Source: Thermoplasmata archaeon (lineage in GTDB: Archaea > Thermoplasmatota > SW-10-69-26 > JACQPN01 > JAJPHT01). Taken from it: DNA of 64,000 nucleotides. The stretch covers positions 1 through 64,000 of the forward strand of contig JAXDQU010000089.1 in NCBI GenBank assembly GCA_034667685.1, in the 5' to 3' direction. A program made the translations under genes and the position numbers. Positions 55,373 through 64,000 of the stretch are shown here, in pieces. The notes beneath the pieces were generated by a model, which was not told the origin of the DNA, searched no databases, and was given only the letters and a program-made list of their open reading frames with translations. Every line of letters starts with the position of its first letter. Within the stretch, counting starts at the first letter, position 1.

Positions 55373-57137
55373 CCGGGGCCACCTCGAGGTCGCGCAGCGT
55401 GCGCGCGGCGTCGATCGCGTAGCCGTTGATGACGCGCGACACGCTCGCGATGTCGCGGATGCGCTTCTCCTTGAGCAGGAGCAGGATGCGGACGCGGCGG
55501 TCGAACTCGGCGCGCAGCGCGGCCTCGGCCAGGTGGCGCTCCTCCGCGACCTCGCCGAGCACGAAGGACGCGCCCGAGTAGCGGAAGCGCCCCTCGTTGC
55601 CGTCCCAGTAGAACGCGCGGTTGGTGAGCAATTCGCCCGTGCGCGGGTCGGCGCCGGTGAGCTCGACGATCTCGCGCATCTTGCGCACGCGCCCCGTGGG
55701 CAGGCGCAGGTCGGCCTGGATCGCGATGATATCAAGCGAGGCGAGCATGTTGCGCGGGATCTCGATGGGCTTCGACTCCAGGCGGTGGACGGCGCTGGGC
55801 ACCGAGTCCGCGTGCATGGTGCTGAACACCGTGTGGCCCGTCGCCATCGCCTGGAAGAGCACGTACGCCTCGGCGCCGCGCACCTCGCCCAGCAGGATGT
55901 ACTCGGGGCGCTGGCGCAGGCTCGCCTTGAGCAGGTCGAACATGTCGACCTCGCCCGCGCGCTTGCCTGCGTGGTCCGCGCCGCCGCCCGCGCGCGTGAC
56001 GCCGGGGATCCAGTTCTCGTGGACGAGGTTCAGCTCGCGCGTGTCCTCGATGCTCACGATCTTCTTCTGCGGCGGAATGAACAGGGACAACGCATTCAGG
56101 GTTGTGGTCTTGCCCGACGCCGTGCCGCCGCAGACGAGCGCGCTGGCGCCGTGCTCGACGGCGAGCCAGAAGTACGCCATCATCTCGGGGCTCATCGTCT
56201 CGTAGATCAGGAGGTCCGTCGGCGTGAGTGGGTCGCTGCGGAACCGGCGGATGGTGAACGTGCTGCCGCGCGTCGTGACCTCGCGCGAGAGCGAGGCCTG
56301 GAGGCGCGAGCCGTCGGGGAGCGTCGCGTCCACGAGCGGATCGGCCACGCTGATGTGCTTGCCCGAGCGCTGCACGAGCTGCATGACGAAGCCGTCGAGC
56401 GCGTCGTCGTTGGGGAAGACGACGTTGGTGCGGATGCTCTCGTAGCGCCGGTGGTAGAGGAAGACGGGGAGCTTCGCGCCGTCGCAGGAGATGTCCTCGA
56501 TGTTCGGGTCCTGCATGAGGACGTCCAGGCGGCCGTAGCCGAGGAAGTCGCGCTCCAGGTAGTAGGCGACGCGCGCCCGCGAGAGCGGACCCAGGTGCAC
56601 CTTGTGGCGCTTGGCGAGCGCGTCGAAGCGGTCGGCCAGGTAGGCGCGCGCGCCGCGGCGGTCGAGCGCGTCGATGTCGACGTCGAGCGTGCGCAGGAAG
56701 GCGTCGCGCACGAAGTCGAACGCCTCCTGCTCCTCGGCCGTCATCTGCGGCTCGAAGACCTCGTAGCGGTAGGCGTTGGTCAGCTCGTCGTACGCGATGC
56801 GCACGTAGCTGTACGGGGGGCGGATCGGGCGCAGCTCCACGACGCGCTCGTGCGGCGCGGGGGGCGGGATCGCCGTGACCTCGCGCTCCTCGAACTGGAC
56901 CTCGGGCTCGGGCTCCTCGCCGCGCAGGCGCGCCACGAAGCCGCGGAATCCCCTGGGCGCCTTGGCCGCGGGGTGAGGCGCATCGGGCACCGGCGCAAGC
57001 TCCGAGAGCGGCGTGGGCGCGGGCGCGCCGAAGAGGATGGACTCCAGCTCCCGGTCGTCGGTGGGCGCATCGCCCGGGGGCGGATCGACCTTGGGGGACG
57101 ACTTGCGGAAACCCCCCGGGATCTTGGAAGCGCTCAC
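55362..57137 (-). CDS. Type II/IV secretion / pilus assembly ATPase (ArlI/CpaF/VirB11-like)
   Basis: DPNIEDISC, FTIRRF, GGTASGKTT, SIEDTREL, LRQRPE, GEVRG, TGH, MHA. Confidence 0.95.
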   Translation of the reverse strand: MSASKIPGGFRKSSPKVDPPPGDAPTDDRELESILFGAPAPTPLSELAPVPDAPHPAAKAPRGFRGFVARLRGEEPEPEVQFEEREVTAIPPPAPHERVVELRPIRPPYSYVRIAYDELTNAYRYEVFEPQMTAEEQEAFDFVRDAFLRTLDVDIDALDRRGARAYLADRFDALAKRHKVHLGPLSRARVAYYLERDFLGYGRLDVLMQDPNIEDISCDGAKLPVFLYHRRYESIRTNVVFPNDDALDGFVMQLVQRSGKHISVADPLVDATLPDGSRLQASLSREVTTRGSTFTIRRFRSDPLTPTDLLIYETMSPEMMAYFWLAVEHGASALVCGGTASGKTTTLNALSLFIPPQKKIVSIEDTRELNLVHENWIPGVTRAGGGADHAGKRAGEVDMFDLLKASLRQRPEYILLGEVRGAEAYVLFQAMATGHTVFSTMHADSVPSAVHRLESKPIEIPRNMLASLDIIAIQADLRLPTGRVRKMREIVELTGADPRTGELLTNRAFYWDGNEGRFRYSGASFVLGEVAEERHLAEAALRAEFDRRVRILLLLKEKRIRDIASVSRVINGYAIDAARTLRDLEVAPVAS

Positions 57138-57291
57138 GGGATCAACTCGATTCCGCGGTTTGGCGCTATATAACCCTGGCGAAGGCGCACAGCGGCCAAA
57201 CCGCCGCGGTCCGCGGGTCGGGCGGAGAAGACATTCGGCGGTCACGTTTCGATTGATATACGTGCCCCCGACAGACCTGCCGCGTCCAGGA

Positions 57292-60200
57292 ATGCCGCGC
57301 CAAGGCCACCGTCTGCGTCATGGGCAAGCCGCCTCCGAGACCACGGGCACGATCCTGCTCCTGGCGATCGCGGTCGCGCTCGCGGGCGTCTTCGCGCTGG
57401 CGATCTTCAACCTCCCGCCGCCCCTGCCCTCCTCGCACGCGACGCTCCAGGCGTTCACGCCGCCCGCGTCCGACCAGTTGGTCATCGAGCACCGCGGCGG
57501 CCCCGCCATCCCGCTGGGCTCGCTCACCGCGGCGGTGCGCGTCAACGGCACGCTCACGCAGTTCAACGTGGGCGCCGGCATCACGAGCGGCACGTGGACC
57601 GTGCTCGCGCCCAACGGCACGGCCAAGGCCGCGGGCGACAGCTTCTCGGCGGGCGACCAGGCGATCTACACCGCGCCCGCGCTGTGGGGCGCCGACGCGA
57701 GCGTGCAGGTCGTCAACGGCGCGACGACGGGCGGCCTGGGCGCCGCGCTGGCCCTCGCTCCAACGACCGTGCAGGCGAAGGACAATGCGAAGCCCACGTT
57801 CGTCTCGGCGCGCACGCTCACCACCACGACGATCCAGGTCAACTTCACGGAGCCCATCCGCAACCTCACGGACCCGGCCTCCGTCGTCATCAGCCCGCTG
57901 GACTTCACCGTGCAGAACGCGGGCATCACGTACACGGTGACGGCCGTTCGCCTCTTGGCGAACGGCTCGTCCGCGGAGATGACCTTGGCGAGCGCGATGC
58001 CCACGAGCGCGACGCCCTACGTCAACGCGACCGCCTCGCCCGCGTGGACCTCCGACCTCGCGGGGAACCCGCTCAACGCCACCGCCTCGGTGGTGGCCTC
58101 GGACGGCGTGGCGCCTGGCATCACCAGCGTCGCGGCGAGCAGCGTCTCGGTCGCGGGCGCCACCATCACGTGGACCACCGACGAGCCCGCCGCCACGAGC
58201 CTCGTCGACGTGGGCCCGACGCCCGGCCTGGGCATCGTCGTCTCGGCGCCCTCGGGCGGCACGTCGCACAGCGCCACGCTCTCGACGCTCTCCGACAACC
58301 AGCTCTACGACTTCGAGGTCGTCTCGACGGACGCCAACGGCAACGCCGCGGCCTCCTCGATCCTCAGCTTCACCACCTCGGCGTTCCCGGCCTCCACCGG
58401 CGGCGCCACCGGGTCGAACCGGCTCTCGCTCTCCTCGGGCGTCTCGCTCTCCTCGGGCGTCCTCTCGACCGCGCTCACCGTCACGCTGAAGGACCCCAAC
58501 GGCACCGCCCTCAACGCGACGGGCAACACCGTGGTCAACCTCGCCACCAACAGCACGTCGGGCTCGTTCTTCTCCGACCCCACGGGCGCCACGCCCGTCA
58601 CGAGCGTCACGATCCTCGCGGGCCAGAGCGCCGCGACCTTCTACTACCGCGACTACCGCGACGCGGGCACCTCGGCGCTCACCGCGGAGTCGGAGGGCGT
58701 GATCCCCGCCTCGACGCTCGCGCAGGTCTCGCTCAACAGCGGCCGCACCTTCGCCTACCACCTGACGTTCAGCGCGCTCCCCGCCATGCCCATCGCCAAC
58801 GGCGCGGACGTGTCGGGCTTCACCGTCGCCCTGCGCGACGTCTTCGACCAGCCCGTCGTGCCCCCGTGGACCATGACGGTGAACCTGAGCACGAACAGCA
58901 CGGTGGGCTACTTCACCGACACGGGCGGGAGCGTCATCTCCTCCTTGTCCTTGTCGAGCAGCAGCGCCTCGTTCAAGTACCACGACGGGCGCGGCGGCGC
59001 GGCCCTCGTCATGGCGTTCGCCAACGGCACGCAGCCCGCGGCCGCGCAGGTGAGCGTCTCGGGCAGCAGCCAGGTCTTCGGCCTGCTATCAAGCGCGCAG
59101 ACGTGGACCGGCCTCAACACGTACGGCGCGGGTCTGCTCAACGTCACGAACCTCGCCACGCCCAACGGCACGCTGCTCCTGCCCAGCGGCAACGGCACGC
59201 TCATGGATCTCGGCGGCGCGCAGACCGTGACGGGCAACAAGACGTTCGCCTCGGGCACGCTGCGCGCGGCCGACCTCTACGACGCCAACGGCAAGGCGAT
59301 CCTCAACCTCAGCGCGACCGCGAACGCCATCGACGGCCTGACGATCACCGACGCCGCGAGCGGCGGCACCGTGACGATCGGCGCCTCGGGCGGAGACGCC
59401 AACGTCCCGCTCAACCTGGCGAGCAAGGGAAGCGGTGCGCTCCAGCTCAACGGCCAGGCGATCGCGCTGGGCGGCTCGTTCACGACCACGGGCGCCAACG
59501 CGCTCACGTTCGCGACGACGGGCACGACCAGCGTCACACTCCCCACGAGCGGCACGCTGCTCTCCACCGCCGGCGCGGTCCCGATCCACGACCTCGTGGT
59601 GGGAAGCGGCGCCGCGACGCTCAACGTGCTCGCGCCCAGCGCCACCAGCGGCGTGCCTCTCGTGAGCCAAGGCAGCAGCGCGGACCCGACGTTCGGCGCG
59701 ATCAACCTCGGCTCCGCGAGCGCGGTCACCGGCACGCTCGCGTACAGCCACCTCGCGCTCACCGGCGCGATCCAACCCTCCGACCTCTCCGCGGCCGTCA
59801 ACGGCTCGTTCCTCGTCAACGCGAGCAACAGCATCCCGACCGCGGACCTCCAGGACGCCTCCGTCACCGCCGCCAAGCTCGCGGGCTCGATCCCCTACAG
59901 CAAGCTCTCGTTGGCGGGCAGCATCCAGCCCTCGGACCTCTCGGCGGCCGTGAACGGCTCGTTCATCCTCAACCAGAACGCGCAGGTGCTCACGGGCCAC
60001 CTCGCCGCCGCCAGCGTCACGGCGGAGAAACTCAACCTCAACGCGAGCAGCATCGCGTACGGCAAGCTCGCGCTGACGGGGAACGTCGTGAACGGCGACC
60101 TCGCGGCCAACACGATCGCGTTCAGCAAGCTCGCGCGCACGGGCACGTCCGGCCAGGCGCTCCTCTCGGGCGGCGCGGGCGCGGACGCCGCCTACGGCGC

Positions 60201-61221
60201 GCTCAACCTCGCAGGGGGAAGCAGCATCGTGACCGGCACGCTCCCCGTGGGCAACGGCGGCACCGGCGCGACCTCGTTCACGACCAACGGCGTCGTGCTG
60301 GGCGGCGCGACGCTCTCCACCACCGCGGCAGGCGCGGCGAACCAAGTCCTGCGCATCCCCTCGGGCGGCGGCGCGCCCGCGTTCGGGGCCATCGACGTGT
60401 CACAGAGCGCCGCCGTCACCGGCACGCTGGCGATCGCGAACGGCGGCACGGGCCTGACGAGCGCGGGCGGCACGGCGAACCGCGTCCTCGTCACGACCGA
60501 CGGCACCACGTGGACCGCGGGCCAGGTCAACCTCAACTCCGCCATGGTCAGCGGCAGCATCGGCCCCACCACCGGCGGCACGGGCCAATCGACCTACACG
60601 CTGGGCGACACGCTCTACGCGAGCGCCGCGAACACGCTCGCGAAGCTCCCGGGCAACACCGCGTCCACCAAGATGTTCCTCTCGCAGACCGGCACGGGCG
60701 CGGTCAGCGCCGCGCCCTCGTGGAGCGCGCTCGCGGCCGGCGACATCCCGAGCCTCGACGCCTCCAAGATCACGACGGGCACGTTCGCGGACGCGCGCCT
60801 TTCCAGCAACGTCGCGCTGCTCAACGCCGCCAACTCGTGGACCGCGGTGCAGACGTTCACGCTCGGCATGCGTCTCACGCCCACCGCGAGCGCCTCGATC
60901 CCCACGTGCACGGCGGGCCTGGAAGGCTCGCTCTACTACGACAGCACGCTCCACGCGCTGCGCATCTGCGGCCAAGGCTCGGCGTCCCTGCTGCTCCCCG
61001 CGTCGGACGGGACGAGGCTGATCAACCACGTCTTCCCCGCCACGGGCACCTCCGAGACCATCAGCGTCAGCCAGCCCGACACGAGCTACGGCGTCGTGTG
61101 CCAGCCGCAATACGCGGCAAGCCAGAACCCGATCATCAGCGGCAAGACCACGACGAGCTTCGTCATCACGTATGGCAACGGTGGCCGCAGCGGCACCGCG
61201 GACTGCTTCATCTTCCGGTGA
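57292..61221 (+). CDS. Giant type IV pilin-like adhesin, 1309 aa: archaeal pilin N-terminus, Ig/FN3-like domains, tail-fibre-like repeats
   Basis: QA-ASETTGTILLLAIAV class III-like signal; IEHRGG; ATITWTTDEPA...YDFEVVSTD FN3; GTLPVGNGGTG-type repeats. Confidence 0.85.
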   Translation: MPRQGHRLRHGQAASETTGTILLLAIAVALAGVFALAIFNLPPPLPSSHATLQAFTPPASDQLVIEHRGGPAIPLGSLTAAVRVNGTLTQFNVGAGITSGTWTVLAPNGTAKAAGDSFSAGDQAIYTAPALWGADASVQVVNGATTGGLGAALALAPTTVQAKDNAKPTFVSARTLTTTTIQVNFTEPIRNLTDPASVVISPLDFTVQNAGITYTVTAVRLLANGSSAEMTLASAMPTSATPYVNATASPAWTSDLAGNPLNATASVVASDGVAPGITSVAASSVSVAGATITWTTDEPAATSLVDVGPTPGLGIVVSAPSGGTSHSATLSTLSDNQLYDFEVVSTDANGNAAASSILSFTTSAFPASTGGATGSNRLSLSSGVSLSSGVLSTALTVTLKDPNGTALNATGNTVVNLATNSTSGSFFSDPTGATPVTSVTILAGQSAATFYYRDYRDAGTSALTAESEGVIPASTLAQVSLNSGRTFAYHLTFSALPAMPIANGADVSGFTVALRDVFDQPVVPPWTMTVNLSTNSTVGYFTDTGGSVISSLSLSSSSASFKYHDGRGGAALVMAFANGTQPAAAQVSVSGSSQVFGLLSSAQTWTGLNTYGAGLLNVTNLATPNGTLLLPSGNGTLMDLGGAQTVTGNKTFASGTLRAADLYDANGKAILNLSATANAIDGLTITDAASGGTVTIGASGGDANVPLNLASKGSGALQLNGQAIALGGSFTTTGANALTFATTGTTSVTLPTSGTLLSTAGAVPIHDLVVGSGAATLNVLAPSATSGVPLVSQGSSADPTFGAINLGSASAVTGTLAYSHLALTGAIQPSDLSAAVNGSFLVNASNSIPTADLQDASVTAAKLAGSIPYSKLSLAGSIQPSDLSAAVNGSFILNQNAQVLTGHLAAASVTAEKLNLNASSIAYGKLALTGNVVNGDLAANTIAFSKLARTGTSGQALLSGGAGADAAYGALNLAGGSSIVTGTLPVGNGGTGATSFTTNGVVLGGATLSTTAAGAANQVLRIPSGGGAPAFGAIDVSQSAAVTGTLAIANGGTGLTSAGGTANRVLVTTDGTTWTAGQVNLNSAMVSGSIGPTTGGTGQSTYTLGDTLYASAANTLAKLPGNTASTKMFLSQTGTGAVSAAPSWSALAAGDIPSLDASKITTGTFADARLSSNVALLNAANSWTAVQTFTLGMRLTPTASASIPTCTAGLEGSLYYDSTLHALRICGQGSASLLLPASDGTRLINHVFPATGTSETISVSQPDTSYGVVCQPQYAASQNPIISGKTTTSFVITYGNGGRSGTADCFIFR

Positions 61222-61225
61222 TATC

Positions 61226-62092
61226 ATGCGGCGCGCGAACGATCGGGCGGCGGCGGGCGTCGTGGCGGCCATCATCATGCTGGGCGCCATCGTGGCGTTC
61301 CTGGTCTACATGAACGCGACGTGGGTCCCCGCGTGGGTCGAGTCGAAGGAGTCGAGCCACGCCGCGGACGTGGGCGACGCCATGGCGACGTGGGCCATCG
61401 ACGCGGAGGACCACGCGGCGCGCGACCAGGTGGGCTCCCGGTGGAGCGTGACCGCGCCCCTGGGCGTCTCGGGGCTTCCGATGCTCGGGACGGGCGCCTC
61501 GTCGGGCGAGATCTCGCTGGCGACGACGCCGACGCTCAACGTCTCGCAGAGGAGCCTCCCAGTCCTGCTCGCGGGCGGGGGCGTGTCGCTCACCACGCAC
61601 ACGCTGCGCTATCCCAACCAGACGATCACGTACGCGCTGGGCGCGCTGCAGGTGGACCAGAGCGATGGCTCGTGGGTGGACCTGCGCAGCCTCGTCTCGG
61701 CCTCGCGCGCGGCGAGCGGCACGATCTCGCTCGCGATCCAGGCCGCGAACGTCACGGGGGGCCCGCAGCAGGCGGGCGGCAACGGGAACGCGCTCGTCGC
61801 GGGCACGCTCACCGGCGTCACGAACCAGACGCACGCCGCGGGCAACGTGACGATCCAGGCGCAGGGCGTCGACGCGGGCGCGTGGCGCGCGGCGCTCAAC
61901 CGGACGCTCGTGGCCTCCGGCCTGCGCGGCGAGGGCGCCTTCCGGGCCGACTGCCAGGGCTTCGTCTCGGCGAAGGACTTCTGCTACACGGCCGGCAACA
62001 ACACGGCCAGCCAAGTCGAGGTCGTCCTGTACAACGTCGGGAGCGGCTGGACCACGCAGGTCGCGGCGTTCGCCACCGAGGTTCGTTCGTAG
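61226..62092 (+). CDS. Archaeal pilin-like protein
   Basis: MRRANDRA-AAGVVAAIIMLG...WVPAW...E..H pattern. Confidence 0.75.
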   Translation: MRRANDRAAAGVVAAIIMLGAIVAFLVYMNATWVPAWVESKESSHAADVGDAMATWAIDAEDHAARDQVGSRWSVTAPLGVSGLPMLGTGASSGEISLATTPTLNVSQRSLPVLLAGGGVSLTTHTLRYPNQTITYALGALQVDQSDGSWVDLRSLVSASRAASGTISLAIQAANVTGGPQQAGGNGNALVAGTLTGVTNQTHAAGNVTIQAQGVDAGAWRAALNRTLVASGLRGEGAFRADCQGFVSAKDFCYTAGNNTASQVEVVLYNVGSGWTTQVAAFATEVRS

Positions 62093-62119
62093 TTCTTGGC
62101 GAAATGCTGAAGTCCATCC

Positions 62120-63271
62120 ATGCGCCCCTCCGCGGGCAGTCCGATGCAGACCGGACCCGAACCCCACGAGGCCCTGGCCCGCCGCTCCTCGCTTCCGCGT
62201 GACGAGCCGATCGACCTGGGCTCGCTCCTGGACGACGCTCCCCACGCCGTCGTGGTGCTCGACGGATCGGGCCGCATCATGGCCGCGAACGCGCGCGCCG
62301 AGGCGCTCCTCAACGCCCCCGCGGACGTCCTGGTGGGCGCCCCGCTCGACGCGCGCCTGGCGCCCGGCTCGCTGGCCGACTTCGAGCGCGCCTTCACCGC
62401 GAGCCTGCGCCGGGGCGAGGCGCCGCCCGACCTGGAGCTCGGCCTCGCGCAGGGGCTCGTGGACGCGACGTTCCTCCCCGTGATGGACGGGCGGCGCCTC
62501 GTCGTGCTCCTCCTGCGCGACCTCACGCCGGAGCGCACGCGCCGCGACGAGGCCATGCGCGCCGAGGCCGCGCAGTACCGCAAGATGGCCGACCTGGGCA
62601 AGCTCATCGCGGGGGTCGCGCACGAGCTGCGCACGCCGCTGACCTACGTCGCCAACAACCTCGCCATCCAGCGCGCGCGCCTCGAGGACGCCTCGGGGAA
62701 CGCCGACGACGCGAAGGCCATCCTCCGCGACGCGCTCGCCGCCAACCTCACCGCGCAGGAGGGCGTCAACCGGCTCGCGCACGTGCTCCAGGAGCTTCGC
62801 CCGCTCTCGCGCAACCGGCCCATGCGCCTGCGGGCCGTGGACCTCGCCGACCTCGTGCTCGACGCGGTGCAGACGTTCCGCGCGGCCGACGGCGACCGCG
62901 TCCGCGTCGCGCTCGACCTCCAGGCGACGCACCGCGTGGCGCTCGACCGCGACGACATGGCGAACGTGCTGATCAACCTCCTCAACAACGCGGCGGACGC
63001 GATCGGCCACCAAGGCTCGATCGAGGTCAGCACGCGCAACGCGACCGTCCCGCCCGAGATCCGCATCGTGGACCACGGCCCCGGCGTCGCGCCCGACTTC
63101 GCGCCGCAGCTCTTCGAGCCCTTCCGCACCACCAAGCCGGACGGCACCGGGCTGGGCCTCTTCATCAGCCGCCGCACCGTCGAGGCGCACGGCGGCACGC
63201 TCACCTACGAGCCCACGCCCGGCGGGGGCGCGACGTTCGTGATCCGGCTGCCTTGCAGCGAGACGACGTAG
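62120..63271 (+). CDS. Soluble PAS sensor histidine kinase (NtrB-like)
   Basis: PAS (VVVLDGSGRIMAAN), GVAHELRTPL, NLLNNA, DHGPG, FEPFRTTK, GTGLGL. Confidence 0.93.
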   Translation: MRPSAGSPMQTGPEPHEALARRSSLPRDEPIDLGSLLDDAPHAVVVLDGSGRIMAANARAEALLNAPADVLVGAPLDARLAPGSLADFERAFTASLRRGEAPPDLELGLAQGLVDATFLPVMDGRRLVVLLLRDLTPERTRRDEAMRAEAAQYRKMADLGKLIAGVAHELRTPLTYVANNLAIQRARLEDASGNADDAKAILRDALAANLTAQEGVNRLAHVLQELRPLSRNRPMRLRAVDLADLVLDAVQTFRAADGDRVRVALDLQATHRVALDRDDMANVLINLLNNAADAIGHQGSIEVSTRNATVPPEIRIVDHGPGVAPDFAPQLFEPFRTTKPDGTGLGLFISRRTVEAHGGTLTYEPTPGGGATFVIRLPCSETT

Positions 63272-63291
63272 CCCAGGCGCTTCGCGCCCAC

Positions 63292-63343
63292 GAGGAAGAC
63301 GGGAAGACGAGCGGACTTTCGTCTCACCTCTTCCTGTCTTCCC
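63292..63343. repeat. Short family A-like GGAAGA/TCTTCC palindrome
   Basis: GAGGAAGACGGGAAGACGA...TCGTCT..CTCTTCCTGTCTTCCC. Confidence 0.5.
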
Positions 63344-63424
63344 TGACGCCGAAGGCGTCCATGTGCAGCAGGAACAGGATTATTCCAGTAACGGATACAC
63401 GCGGTGCCTGGAGGCGAACCACGC

Positions 63425-63620
63425 ATGTCCGACACGGATATCTGCGCGCCCGCTCCGTTCGATAGCATCCTCGACGCCGTGGGGCGACGCCGATGGTCCG
63501 CCTCCGAAGGCTCTCGCCCGCGGGCGGCGCGACGATCTGGGCGAAGTGCGAGCACCTCAACCCGGGCGGCGCGCCGGGCCTGATCGAGCGCGCGGAGAGC
63601 CGGGGCCAGCTCGCGCCCTC
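63425..63620 (+). pseudogene. Cysteine synthase / cystathionine beta-synthase N-terminal remnant
   Basis: DSILDAVG, frameshift, TPMVRLRRL...IWAKCEHLNPGG, then SVKDR absent, then LIERAESRGQLAP; similarity stops after that. Confidence 0.7.
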
Positions 63621-63813
63621 CGCCGCCGCCGCGGGGACGCGCGACTTCTGCCTGGACATGGCAATGCCCGCGCACGATGCGACGATGGCCTGGTGCAGGC
63701 CGCCGGCGACTACGTCTGGATCTGCGACGTACCGACGCGGGCATGCGCGGGGGCTGGCGGATGCCGCACATGTTTGGCGTCAAGCTGAATGGCGAAGGGC
63801 TCGATGGTCCTCC

Positions 63814-64000
63814 ATGCGAGACATGCGGCCGGAGGACGCCCGCGCGATGCTCCGCCAGGGGCGCGTGGGCGTGCTCGCGTTGGCGCGCGGCGGCGACGCC
63901 TACGGGCTCCCCGTCTACTACGCGTTCGACGGGCGCCACCTCTACTTCCACACCCACCCCGGGCACAAGAGCGACTACATCGGCGCGACGCGCGAGGCCT
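63814..64000 (+). CDS. Pyridoxamine 5'-phosphate oxidase / NimA-like flavin-binding protein (truncated by the window end)
   Basis: MLRQGRVGVLAL...YGLPVYYAFDG..LYFHT..GHK. Confidence 0.8.
   Translation, partial: MRDMRPEDARAMLRQGRVGVLALARGGDAYGLPVYYAFDGRHLYFHTHPGHKSDYIGATREA

Noticed and set aside
59200-61221. Provirus
   Set aside because: The fibre-like repeats are within the pilin ORF; no capsid, terminase or integrase genes are nearby.
53261-62092. Archaellum operon
   Set aside because: No archaellin, ArlF/G or chemotaxis genes; two platform genes plus pilin-type N-termini fit a type IV pilus.
120-63966. The many long Arg/Ala/Gly/Pro-rich ORFs in the track (e.g. 57594-61313, 17064-18614, 29250-31799, 34606-37101)
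   Set aside because: Alternate-frame or antisense artefacts of very high GC, overlapping better-supported genes.

Overview
This is a very GC-rich archaeal window. The archaeal assignment rests on Hel308, KEOPS Cgi121, a DUF63 protein, an archaeal type IV pilus locus, LAGC lipoboxes, TATA-like patches about 25-30 nt before start codons and a tRNA-Ser(CGA) with no encoded CCA. An uncultured Thermoplasmatota-like organism is my inference only. Recognisable blocks: housekeeping genes (Maf, Dus, Mce, APC permease, Hel308, Cgi121); a surface-glycosylation locus beside the tRNA (about 15.5-26.7 kb); many small secreted Cys-rich proteins; membrane-anchored double-wHTH regulators; a PAS kinase divergent from a V4R / roadblock / KaiC-GTPase / KaiC operon; and a type IV pilus locus with a 1309-aa pilin-adhesin. 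The main finding is a compact RiPP (lanthipeptide-type) cluster at 44.7-48.1 kb: an APH-type kinase, a HopA1-type lyase and a stand-alone LanC cyclase with a CCG motif. Next to them lie four 32-38 aa precursor genes that are absent from the ORF track and were found by hand translation. They share an I-E-x-[IM]-E leader motif and a T-G-C-Y-x-x-T core. Also notable: a tandem array of five secreted Cys peptide genes, three of which carry the same 20-bp motif exactly 34 nt upstream of the ATG, and several families of intergenic palindromic repeats. All functional calls come from motif recognition by eye; no searches were run, and many start codons are best guesses.
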